64,000 nucleotides of DNA from positions 1,054,001 to 1,118,000 of the forward strand of contig CM074806.1 of NCBI GenBank assembly GCA_037447605.1. The letters run 5' to 3'. Origin of the DNA: Zygnema circumcarinatum SAG 698-1b. Lineage: Eukaryota > Plantae > Zygnematophyceae. Shown piece after piece: positions 25,768 through 35,269 of the stretch; position 1 is the first letter of the stretch; each line of letters starts with the position of its first letter. Both the position numbers and the translations under genes were made by a program. The notes below the pieces were generated by a model. That model was not told where the DNA came from. It made no database searches and saw only the letters and a list, made by a program, of their open reading frames with translations.

Positions 25768-27773
25768 GGAAAATGATACAGGCGCCCCACTTTTTGGATA
25801 TCCTTGCCCCTTTTCGGGAAAATTTGTACTTTCATTTTGGCTAATCTCGCCCCCCCTCTCCCTTTGTTTTTTTTTTCTCGTCCCACACATCAACGCAATT
25901 TCCTCAAACACGTTCGAATAGAGAGAGCAAAGCATAGAAGGGAGAGAGAGAGAGAAAGAGAGAGGACAAGAGAAAGAGAGAAGCAAAGCAAAGCAAGCCA
26001 ACCATTACATCATCATAGAGCTTCACATATACAATTGAGCATAATGTGAAATGAAATTAATAAAAGTAAGTAAAAAAAATATGTCAGTGAATCGTTATAC
26101 ATGTGTTGTACTGCTTAATACTTATATTTGCGGTTGCCTTTTAATGGTTAAGCACATAGGTGGGTACCGAGAGGTCCTAAGATTGAATCTTGCTAAAGGC
26201 AGTATGAATATAGGTGGGTACCGAGAGGTCCTAAGATCGAATCCTGCTGAAACTTTGATGAGGGTAGTATATGAACTTTGTTGAGGGTAGTATAAACTTT
26301 GCTGAGGGTAGGTTGTTACATAATGCATTTCAATGGAAACAAAGTGTAAACAAAGAATCAAAAGTTCTTAAAGAAAGAAAAGGTTTATTAAGCGTTTGCA
26401 CATTTGGAGCTTACAATCCTGAGTACAAAACTACAACGCTGAGCCAGCCTGCCAGAACATTCCTGAAAAAGAAGGAGGGGGGGAGAGGGGAGGGGAGGGG
26501 AGAGGAGGGAGGGAGGGGAGAAGAGGGAGAGAGGGAGGGAGGAAGGAGGAGAAACTCGCAAAAGAGTGTATATTTTAAATATAGGAGAAATTGCCTAAAT
26601 CACTTTGAACTCGACAGCCCATCCTTTGGACTTGATGTTAAGCCATAAAACAATCTATGACTAGGGAAAAGTATTGTTTTTCTTTTAATTAGTGCAAGTT
26701 CTTGAGTTGTGGCCTGGTTGCTTACAATTGGAACATTTGTTACCTTCAACATACTCAGAATAGCTCTTGTCCCAGTTGATTGCCAAACTACGTGCGCCAG
26801 TAGGTCAACCTTGTTTCTTTGTAACTAGGTGGGGGTTTTGCAACTGCAGTGGTTCAGTAACCAAAAGGTACTAAGGACCAACGTTGTTGAAGAATCATTT
26901 GCAAACAACCTACTTGTTAATGCCTTGATTGTCATTGCCTATCGTAATAATGATGATCCAATTTCAACAATTGTGGCTGTTTCTTGGACTTGGATAAAAA
27001 ATCAGCAAGGAGCGAGGAGCTTTAAAACCTTGTCATAAAGGAGCGACATCAGCAACGACCGTGTCGACATTGGCGGATGTGTCAGTGTTATCCGTGTATA
27101 GACACATCGGCATATCCAGGACATGTGGTCGCGCTTGTCGGGTGTCATCTCGTCGTCTTTGAGTGATAGGGCGTCCACTGTCATCGGTATCACCCTGACA
27201 CGTCGTTGTATGGCAAGCGACCTTAGCTCGGCGTTGGCACTCCATGAGGGCAGCGAGTTGGTGCCAATGAGTATCGTGGCCCTGATTGTGGCACTGAATG
27301 GGGGCACGGACGTCGGATCACCTCCAGTCGTGACCTTGATGTAGTGGCTGTTGACTTTACCAACGCCCAAGTCTACATCACCGCATGTGGCAACTCTGAC
27401 GGATGACAGCATCTGCACGACACTTGTCTCGACCCTGGACGTGCTCCTGGACATGATACCGCTGACATCTGCGGGTCTACAACAGCCCGCCAGCAGCACC
27501 CTCAGGCACGACATGAGCGTTGACTTACCATTGCCGCCAAGCTCGTACAGCATGGTGAAGTAAGCCGAGTCTTGTGGGTCCAACAACGCGTTGCCTATCA
27601 GCCACATCAGACACTGGTACTCCTTGTCTTGCACAAACAACCTCGACAAGTACAGGGACACCGAGCAGACGTCATCGAACACCCAGCTGACAGGGTGGTA
27701 GTCGTTGTCGATTGTCAGCCTTGAGAGTCCCGTCTTGAGCATGTGTGTACGGCTGTCGTCGTACACTTCTGCC
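25768..27773. mobile_element. Partial duplicate of the left part of the Mutator element (allelic or redundant contig), ending at a gap
   Basis: Near-identical to 29208-31223 except for a 10-bp deletion (ggacagtatg) near 26250. Contains the 3' part of the D5-like ORF (27002-27773). Confidence 0.8.
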
Positions 27774-27783
27774 NNNNNNNNNN

Positions 27784-28665
27784 AACATCAAGTCCAAAGG
27801 ATGGGCTGTCGAGTTCAAAGTGATTTAGGCAATTTCTCCTATATTTAAAATATACACTCTTTTGCGAGTTTCTCCTCCTTCCTCCCTCCCTCTCTCCCTC
27901 TTCTCCCCTCCCTCCCTCCTCTCCCCTCCCCTCCCCTCTCCCCCCCTCCTTCTTTTTCAGGAATGTTCTGGCAGGCTGGCTCAGCGTTGTAGTTTTGTAC
28001 TCAGGATTGTAAGCTCCAAATGTGCAAACGCTTAATAAACCTTTTCTTTCTTTAAGAACTTTTGATTCTTTGTTTACACTTTGTTTCCATTGAAATGCAT
28101 TATGTAACAACCTACCCTCAGCAAAGTTTATACTACCCTCAACAAAGTTCATATACTACCCTCATCAAAGTTCATACTGTCCTCAGCAGGATTCGATCTT
28201 AGGACCTCTCGGTACCCACCTATATTCATACTGCCTTTAGCAAGATTCAATCTTAGGACCTCTCGGTACCCACCTATGTGCTTAACCATTAAAAGGCAAC
28301 CGCAAATATAAGTATTAAGCAGTACAACACATGTATAACGATTCACTGACATATTTTTTTTACTTACTTTTATTAATTTCATTTCACATTATGCTCAATT
28401 GTATATGTGAAGCTCTATGATGATGTAATGGTTGGCTTGCTTTGCTTTGCTTCTCTCTTTCTCTTGTCCTCTCTCTTTCTCTCTCTCTCTCCCTTCTATG
28501 CTTTGCTCTCTCTATTCGAACGTGTTTGAGGAAATTGCGTTGATGTGTGGGACGAGAAAAAAAAAACAAAGGGAGAGGGGGGGCGAGATTAGCCAAAATG
28601 AAAGTACAAATTTTCCCGAAAAGGGGCAAGGATATCCAAAAAGTGGGGCGCCTGTATCATTTTCC
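27784..28665 (-). repeat. Inverted copy of the Mutator left end
   Basis: Reverse complement of ~29208-30089; starts immediately after an N gap. Confidence 0.85.
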
Positions 28666-28674
28666 TAATATTTA

Positions 28675-29198
28675 GGAAAATGATACAGGCGCCCCACTTT
28701 TTGGATATCCGCGCCCCCTTTCGGGAAAAAACTGTACTTTCATGTTGGCTAATCACGCCCCCCCTCCCCTTGGATCTTTCGGGAGGAGAGATCTTGTAGA
28801 CAATCGGACCCCGCGCCTCGCGCGCAGGATCCGACCGTGCTCCGACGTACGGCACCGCCCATCGCGGCGTGGCCGCGAGATGCGGCGAGCATGGGGGACC
28901 GGAAGCAGGGATGTCCAATGGAAGACTGCCACGTGGCAACCTCTGACCCAACCATTGGACATCCCTGCTTCCGGTCCCCCATGCTCGCCGCATCTCGCGG
29001 CCACGCCGCGATGGGCGGTGCCGTACGTCGGAGCACGGTCGGATCCTGCGCGCGAGGCGCGGGGTCCGATTGTCTACAAGATCTCTCCTCCCGAAAGATC
29101 CAAGGGGAGGGGGGGCGTGATTAGCCAACATGAAAGTACAGTTTTTTCCCGAAAGGGGGCGCGGATATCCAAAAAGTGGGGCGCCTGTATCATTTTCC
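28675..29198. mobile_element. Foldback Mutator-family MITE, variant B: 247-bp arms around a 30-bp loop
   Basis: Arms at 28675-28921 and 28952-29198 are reverse complements. The loop contains TGCCACGTGGCA. Arms share the TIR and the gatctttcgggaggagagatctt block with the right end of the large element. Confidence 0.85.
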
Positions 29199-29574
29199 TA
29201 AATATTAGGAAAATGATACAGGCGCCCCACTTTTTGGATATCCTTGCCCCTTTTCGGGAAAATTTGTACTTTCATTTTGGCTAATCTCGCCCCCCCTCTC
29301 CCTTTGTTTTTTTTTTCTCGTCCCACACATCAACGCAATTTCCTCAAACACGTTCGAATAGAGAGAGCAAAGCATAGAAGGGAGAGAGAGAGAGAAAGAG
29401 AGAGGACAAGAGAAAGAGAGAAGCAAAGCAAAGCAAGCCAACCATTACATCATCATAGAGCTTCACATATACAATTGAGCATAATGTGAAATGAAATTAA
29501 TAAAAGTAAGTAAAAAAAATATGTCAGTGAATCGTTATACATGTGTTGTACTGCTTAATACTTATATTTGCGGT

Positions 29575-29760
29575 TGCCTTTTAATGGTTAAGCACATAGG
29601 TGGGTACCGAGAGGTCCTAAGATTGAATCTTGCTAAAGGCAGTATGAATATAGGTGGGTACCGAGAGGTCCTAAGATCGAATCCTGCTGAGGACAGTATG
29701 AACTTTGATGAGGGTAGTATATGAACTTTGTTGAGGGTAGTATAAACTTTGCTGAGGGTA
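29575..29760 (+). repeat. Internal tandem repeats of the MULE (54 bp x2, ~23 bp x3); first unit is tRNA-like
   Basis: ataggtgggtaccgagaggtcctaagat(t/c)gaatc occurs twice; tat(g/a)aactttg.tgagggtag occurs three times. Confidence 0.7.
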
Positions 29761-30134
29761 GGTTGTTACATAATGCATTTCAATGGAAACAAAGTGTAAA
29801 CAAAGAATCAAAAGTTCTTAAAGAAAGAAAAGGTTTATTAAGCGTTTGCACATTTGGAGCTTACAATCCTGAGTACAAAACTACAACGCTGAGCCAGCCT
29901 GCCAGAACATTCCTGAAAAAGAAGGAGGGGGGGAGAGGGGAGGGGAGGGGAGAGGAGGGAGGGAGGGGAGAAGAGGGAGAGAGGGAGGGAGGAAGGAGGA
30001 GAAACTCGCAAAAGAGTGTATATTTTAAATATAGGAGAAATTGCCTAAATCACTTTGAACTCGACAGCCCATCCTTTGGACTTGATGTTAAGCCATAAAA
30101 CAATCTATGACTAGGGAAAAGTATTGTTTTTCTT

Positions 30135-30478
30135 TTAATTAGTGCAAGTTCTTGAGTTGTGGCCTGGTTGCTTACAATTGGAACATTTGTTACCTTCAAC
30201 ATACTCAGAATAGCTCTTGTCCCAGTTGATTGCCAAACTACGTGCGCCAGTAGGTCAACCTTGTTTCTTTGTAACTAGGTGGGGGTTTTGCAACTGCAGT
30301 GGTTCAGTAACCAAAAGGTACTAAGGACCAACGTTGTTGAAGAATCATTTGCAAACAACCTACTTGTTAATGCCTTGATTGTCATTGCCTATCGTAATAA
30401 TGATGATCCAATTTCAACAATTGTGGCTGTTTCTTGGACTTGGATAAAAAATCAGCAAGGAGCGAGGAGCTTTAAAAC
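30135..30478 (-). pseudogene. MULE transposase C-terminal remnant with CCHC zinc knuckle
   Basis: Minus frame reads LQNPHLVTKKQG*PTGARS...EYVEGNKCSNCKQPGHNSRTCTN*: a KGRP-like motif plus the CxxCxxxGHNxRTC knuckle typical of Mutator transposase ends, with an in-frame stop. Confidence 0.8.
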
Positions 30479-31642
30479 CTTGTCATAAAGGAGCGACATC
30501 AGCAACGACCGTGTCGACATTGGCGGATGTGTCAGTGTTATCCGTGTATAGACACATCGGCATATCCAGGACATGTGGTCGCGCTTGTCGGGTGTCATCT
30601 CGTCGTCTTTGAGTGATAGGGCGTCCACTGTCATCGGTATCACCCTGACACGTCGTTGTATGGCAAGCGACCTTAGCTCGGCGTTGGCACTCCATGAGGG
30701 CAGCGAGTTGGTGCCAATGAGTATCGTGGCCCTGATTGTGGCACTGAATGGGGGCACGGACGTCGGATCACCTCCAGTCGTGACCTTGATGTAGTGGCTG
30801 TTGACTTTACCAACGCCCAAGTCTACATCACCGCATGTGGCAACTCTGACGGATGACAGCATCTGCACGACACTTGTCTCGACCCTGGACGTGCTCCTGG
30901 ACATGATACCGCTGACATCTGCGGGTCTACAACAGCCCGCCAGCAGCACCCTCAGGCACGACATGAGCGTTGACTTACCATTGCCGCCAAGCTCGTACAG
31001 CATGGTGAAGTAAGCCGAGTCTTGTGGGTCCAACAACGCGTTGCCTATCAGCCACATCAGACACTGGTACTCCTTGTCTTGCACAAACAACCTCGACAAG
31101 TACAGGGACACCGAGCAGACGTCATCGAACACCCAGCTGACAGGGTGGTAGTCGTTGTCGATTGTCAGCCTTGAGAGTCCCGTCTTGAGCATGTGTGTAC
31201 GGCTGTCGTCGTACACTTCTGCCTGCTCGAACAACAGCTTGTCGTCTGCTAGTGTAACCTTATACCTAACGCTGCCAACACAGACACTGATTGGCAGTGA
31301 CGACACCACTAGCGCGTTCTTCTCCAGTAGTCTTAGATATGGCCTGACTGCCGTCGTGTAGTTGACCGTGGCATTACTGGCACCCACGGCGCGTGTCAGC
31401 TCCACTTGTGCCTCCTCCGACACAATATTAGACCACTCATTGAGCGATGACAAGTACAACAGGATGTCGCCTTTATACTTGACGACATTGCCCAGTTCCA
31501 CAAGCCTGCCCAGGGCGTTAGACTCATTTGTAGCCCGTCTCAGTACTGTCGACAAGCCACTTGACACTTCAGATGTGTCCATGATGATAGTTGCAGAGGG
31601 GGCAGCTTCACAGCGAAGGAGTGGCAAGTCAGACACCACCAT
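30452..31642 (-). CDS. D5-like superfamily-3 helicase, virus-like, intronless, probably C-terminally truncated
   Basis: 396-aa ORF with Walker A FTMLYELGGNGKST, Walker B-like VATCGD, motif C ILIGTNSLP and arginine finger AIQRRVRVIPM. The last ~8 codons read into MULE DNA. Confidence 0.8.
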   Translation of the reverse strand: MVVSDLPLLRCEAAPSATIIMDTSEVSSGLSTVLRRATNESNALGRLVELGNVVKYKGDILLYLSSLNEWSNIVSEEAQVELTRAVGASNATVNYTTAVRPYLRLLEKNALVVSSLPISVCVGSVRYKVTLADDKLLFEQAEVYDDSRTHMLKTGLSRLTIDNDYHPVSWVFDDVCSVSLYLSRLFVQDKEYQCLMWLIGNALLDPQDSAYFTMLYELGGNGKSTLMSCLRVLLAGCCRPADVSGIMSRSTSRVETSVVQMLSSVRVATCGDVDLGVGKVNSHYIKVTTGGDPTSVPPFSATIRATILIGTNSLPSWSANAELRSLAIQRRVRVIPMTVDALSLKDDEMTPDKRDHMSWICRCVYTRITLTHPPMSTRSLLMSLLYDKVLKLLAPC

Positions 31643-31653
31643 CCAGCACCGTC

Positions 31654-32202
31654 ATGGAGGCCGTAGACACCGCAGTGAGACAAGGGTGGAGACTAGAGTG
31701 GGTAGGACAGACTGGCGACATGTGTGTTCTGGTAAGACTAATGAAGGAGGGCCTTGACGACATGTACATACGGCTGACAGTGCCTGTAGACACGCCGTCA
31801 ACATGCGTCGACTACGGTGTCGTGTCCAGGCCCGAGTCAGACGACCAGGGTGTTGATGTCGCCTTAGTGTGGCACTGTCAGCCGTGGCTGAGACTCAGGC
31901 GTAACGCCGCCATACACGGCCTGACTACTGGGTCAGAGCCAAGGTGTGGCTACGTCAAGTGGCAGCCACAGACAATGACACGGTGTATCATGGGCTACGA
32001 CTTTGAGACTAACAGCCTGGGACTACACAAGGGTAGCCTGCCACCAGCGTCAAGGGACGTCGTCTGTGCCACGTTGTGGTGTACGTGCGGGGTGACGGCG
32101 TCATGGCACACGATGGGCACTAGTAGCCAGTTGGTCAAAGTGGGGGACACTCAATCAAATGGTGGTTTAACCACCATATTGCTGATTGATGTTTATGAGT
32201 AA
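31654..32202 (+). pseudogene. N-terminal fragment of a family-B DNA polymerase (start of 3'-5' exonuclease domain), virus-like
   Basis: RCIMGYDFETNSLGLHKGSLPPASRDVVCATLW resembles the ExoI block of RNA-primed PolB (LxFDIE..G.FP....D.V). Truncated near 32140, where MULE sequence resumes. Confidence 0.6.
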
Positions 32203-33480
32203 GATTTTTTCGCCTTTGTCCAAGATCGTTGAAATACGATGCTTACAAGGAGCCCCCAAGTTGAAGTAAATACTCCACTATAAAGCCCTAATGTTGTCGC
32301 TTTCAACTTTGAAACTAGCTTATGCAACCCTTCTAAATGCAGCCTTTCTAAATACGGTTACTTGTAATAAAGACAAATAAAAAACTTCTCAGTTTTAATT
32401 ATTTGCTTAAGCTCGACAAACTGGATTTAGAGCATCAGATTTAGCTGTTGGAAAACTGTAAACAAATTAAGAGTTAGAATTTAGATGTACCGCTTTAGGA
32501 GATGATGGTTTCCCTCCCCACGAGATGTGGAACCCATTCCCAATTGCATGTTCTTGTCGACAAAACATCTAACAAACTTATCCCAATGCTCTTGCTTCTA
32601 CACGTAATGAAAGGCAAACGTCCATCCCCGCGAGCCAAAGTAACTCTCATCGCTACCCAGTTGCCATAATAAGTTTCTTCTATAGTGGAATATAGGCACG
32701 CATTCCACATCTTCATAAATGTCTCAAACTCATTATTGTCCTCGAAATGCTTCTTAGTGTTTGCAAGCACGTTTTTATTAACGTGCCATACACACAAAAT
32801 ATTCATAGTGTCAGGAAAGACTTCTGAGATTGCGTTCATCAACGCTAATTCACGATCAGTAGCGACAAACTTAGGTATTACTATAACACGGAATGCTTAC
32901 AAGGCCCAAACGTATGCATCCTTTGTTTCTTCCCGTAAAATATTAAAAATCGAATAAGTGGCAATGATTCTAATAATGTTCAGCAAAGGCATTCCAAATT
33001 AGACATTGTTGTACTCATTCGCAAGCTTGGCTGAGTCTCGATGAGTAAAGAACAAACTTGAAACAGCACCGTCGATCCCAAAACTAACTTCAAAGATGAA
33101 ATTACCAGCGCTTAGGGTTTCAATTAAGGCTATAATGTGGGTTCAACCAACCAAGAGATTTGTCCTAAATAGAGCAATGTCATTGTACACTACTCTTTTG
33201 GTCATATGTTGGTTCTCGTACTGGTTTTGGAAAGTAAACATTATGGATGGAATGCTGGCGCCATTTTGTGCATCTCTCGAACATATTCCTTCTCGCGAGT
33301 ATTCAAGCGCCTTTTCTTGGCATATCCACTGGAAATAACGTGGTTGTGCTCTTCAATGATGGATTTTACAGCCCATATGTTCTTCTTCTTAGAAAACGTC
33401 GATCTTGAAAGGGCAATTTTTCAAGCGGCTAGAGGTATGCCTGTTCTTTCCGGTCTCTTCTTGACCTCTATCCCTTCCCC
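32150..33480 (-). pseudogene. MULE (FAR1/Hop-like) transposase, 5' part, frameshifted with stops
   Basis: Fragments SSRLKNCPF..IWAVKSIIEEHNH (FAR1/WRKY-like), FVATDRELALMNAISEVFPDTMNILCVWHVNKNV (DDE core with CxxH) and a frameshifted SGVFTSTWG.PCKHRI. Confidence 0.88.
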
Positions 33481-33734
33481 TTGACCTTTATTCAGGGGAA
33501 GGGAGGGGAAGGGTGGGGCGGGGAGGGGAGGGGAGAGCACGGGCGGGGAGGGGAGAAGATCTCTCCTCCCGAAAGATCAGGGGGGGACCGAGATTAGCCA
33601 AAATGAAAGTATAAAATTTTCCCGAAGGGGGGCGAGGATATCCAAAAAGTGGGGCGACTGTATCATTTTCCAAATATGATCGTAAATAGCTAATTTATGG
33701 CTCAAATTGAGATTAATATTATTATGAAATAATA

Positions 33735-34422
33735 GGGTAGTGTTAAATCCACCCCTTTTTTGGATCGACACACCGCTTTTCCACCGGGCAGATTTTAGAA
33801 AAGTTCTAAAACTGAAAATGCTTTTTTCACACCTTTTTAGAATCGATACAACACTTTTTCCCGTCGGGCAGATTTTATTTTACAAAAAAAAAGGTCAAAA
33901 CGCGAGTGCGTCTGCCCTGCCACACGATGTACTGTACTGTACTTGCATTACCGTACATTCCTGTACGGTGATGTACGGCATCCTTTCGGTTCCGTTCAGT
34001 TAAAGCCCGGTCTCGGCTCTCTACTCGCCAGTACAGTACCAGGATCTTCCGCTCCGAGCGGATTCGGGCAGGCCCTAACATATTTTTGTCTCTCAAAAAA
34101 ACCAGGGGGCGGGATATCCAAAAAGGTGGGAAGGGTTATCATTCTCCGATCACGAAAGTGGGTTGATCTGGCGGTTAAGAAGTGCATCCCGAGATCCATG
34201 ATGGTACTTGTACCGGTCTGTTTCTGAATTTGGTGGAATTAACTGATCCTTTTTTCATTTAAATAGGTTGTCGGGCCTTGACCTTTAACCAATGGAAATT
34301 CGCCACGTGTACACATTTGTACACGTGGCGTGTCTCAATTCACGTTCCTGGTATCGGTCGAGTAGAGGTCCGGACCGGGCTTTCACTCAACGGAACCGAA
34401 AGGATGCCGTACAGTGCCGTAC
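33735..34422. mobile_element. Degenerate Mutator-type foldback/MITE relics
   Basis: TIR-like ends at 33735 and 34106-34147 (ggatatccaaaaaggtggg...tatcattctcc). ~60-bp inverted repeat at 33963-34027 / 34359-34422. 13-bp hairpin at 34301-34330. Confidence 0.55.
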
Positions 34423-34439
34423 CAAGAGTACTTTTCCGC

Positions 34440-34565
34440 TCGTACTGTAGCTTCTATCTTTTGCGCTTAGGTCCTTTCACTCTGTGACCAGTCCCTCGTG
34501 GTTCCACATGTTGCTTTTGTCCATGTACATTTGATGGCCTTGCCATCGTGAGTTCAATGCCATTT
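34440..34565 (-). repeat. Unclassified dispersed repeat, copy 2
   Basis: ttttgcgcttaggtccttt...ctcgtggttc..catg..ttgtccatgtacat.tga.ggc..gccatcgt.ag.tcaat is shared with 62970-63080. Confidence 0.75.
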
Positions 34566-34850
34566 TCTTCTTTTCTGGAGAAATATTTGGGAACCGAACC
34601 AAACTAAAGGTGGTCAGGAACAAAATTGCACCTCCTTTCAAAGTTGTTGACTTTGACATTATCTTTTTTCTTTTTCATTATCCATGGAGAAGGCTTTTCT
34701 AAAATAGGAGAAAATTATTGATCGAGGCGTGGCTTTAGGCATTATTCAAAAAATCTGGTTCCTGGTTTTCTTACGAAGGTAATATAGCCACTGCTTCCTT
34801 GGTGCTAGTAAGCTTCCCAAGTAAGCTAGGGGAAACCCTTTTTACTTTCT

Positions 34851-35008
34851 GGGAAGAAATTTACACACCTTTTTGGCTAGATACACACCCTTTTCGCCGG
34901 TCAGATTTGTGTGAGTTTTTATTTAGACAAAAAGGTGTGTATCCAAAAGGTGTGTATCTAGGCAGAAAGGTGTGTATCTAGCCAAAAAGGTGTGTAAATA
35001 GTTTCCCC
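34851..35008. mobile_element. ~160-bp MITE with ~39-bp TIRs
   Basis: atttacacacctttttggctagatacacacc at the left end and its reverse complement at the right end; internal aaaggtgtgtatc repeats. Confidence 0.75.
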
Positions 35009-35269
35009 CCCTTATCTTAGGCCAATCGATCGAGGATCGAGGATCGATCGATGCCTGAGTGTAGGCCTCACAGCCTACGCCGTAGGCCCTTAGCCTAGAG
35101 CTCGTAGATTGTACGGCCGACCGTTCGTACAGCGGCGCGGCAGGGAGGCGCATGATGCCTTCATGATTGCGGTCTGACCTGCCCACCATTTGCAGGGGCG
35201 GCTCCGCCGGAACCCTAACCCTAATTCCGGGCTAACCCTAATCTGAGACCTAATCTGAGGCCGGGAGCC

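Larger units (their letters stand above)
29208..33671. mobile_element. Non-autonomous Mutator-like (MULE) DNA transposon, 4.46 kb, carrying foreign cargo
   Basis: ~80-bp TIRs (GGAAAATGATACAG.CGCCCCACTTTTTGGATATCC...GGCTAATCTCG). Flanks AAATATTA (29200-29207) and AAATATGA (33672-33679) form a 7/8 TSD. Internal transposase relics. Confidence 0.88.

Noticed and set aside
28675-29198. Parvovirus-like or linear-plasmid hairpin telomere
   Set aside because: The arms end in the Mutator TIR and variant A has a TSD. No HUH Rep or protelomerase is present, and loop inversion is explicable by assembly.
24957-29489. Mirror-image ORFs of 68-194 aa in the palindromes
   Set aside because: They arise from GC-rich inverted repeats and have no protein motifs.
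29575-29641. Functional tRNA gene
   Set aside because: The D-stem and anticodon stem do not pair; at most a decayed derivative.
32495-32842. Host FAR1/FHY3 transcription factor
   Set aside because: Intronless, frameshifted and enclosed by TIRs and a TSD, so a transposase relic.
25165-33671. Polinton/Maverick or an intact endogenous virus
   Set aside because: No integrase, capsid, protease or packaging ATPase. The TIRs and TSD go with a Mutator transposase, and the PolB piece is truncated and not protein-primed-like.
35211-35242. Telomeric repeat or telo-box (aaccctaaccctaa)
   Set aside because: Only 2-3 units and not the canonical AAACCCTA; too weak to call.
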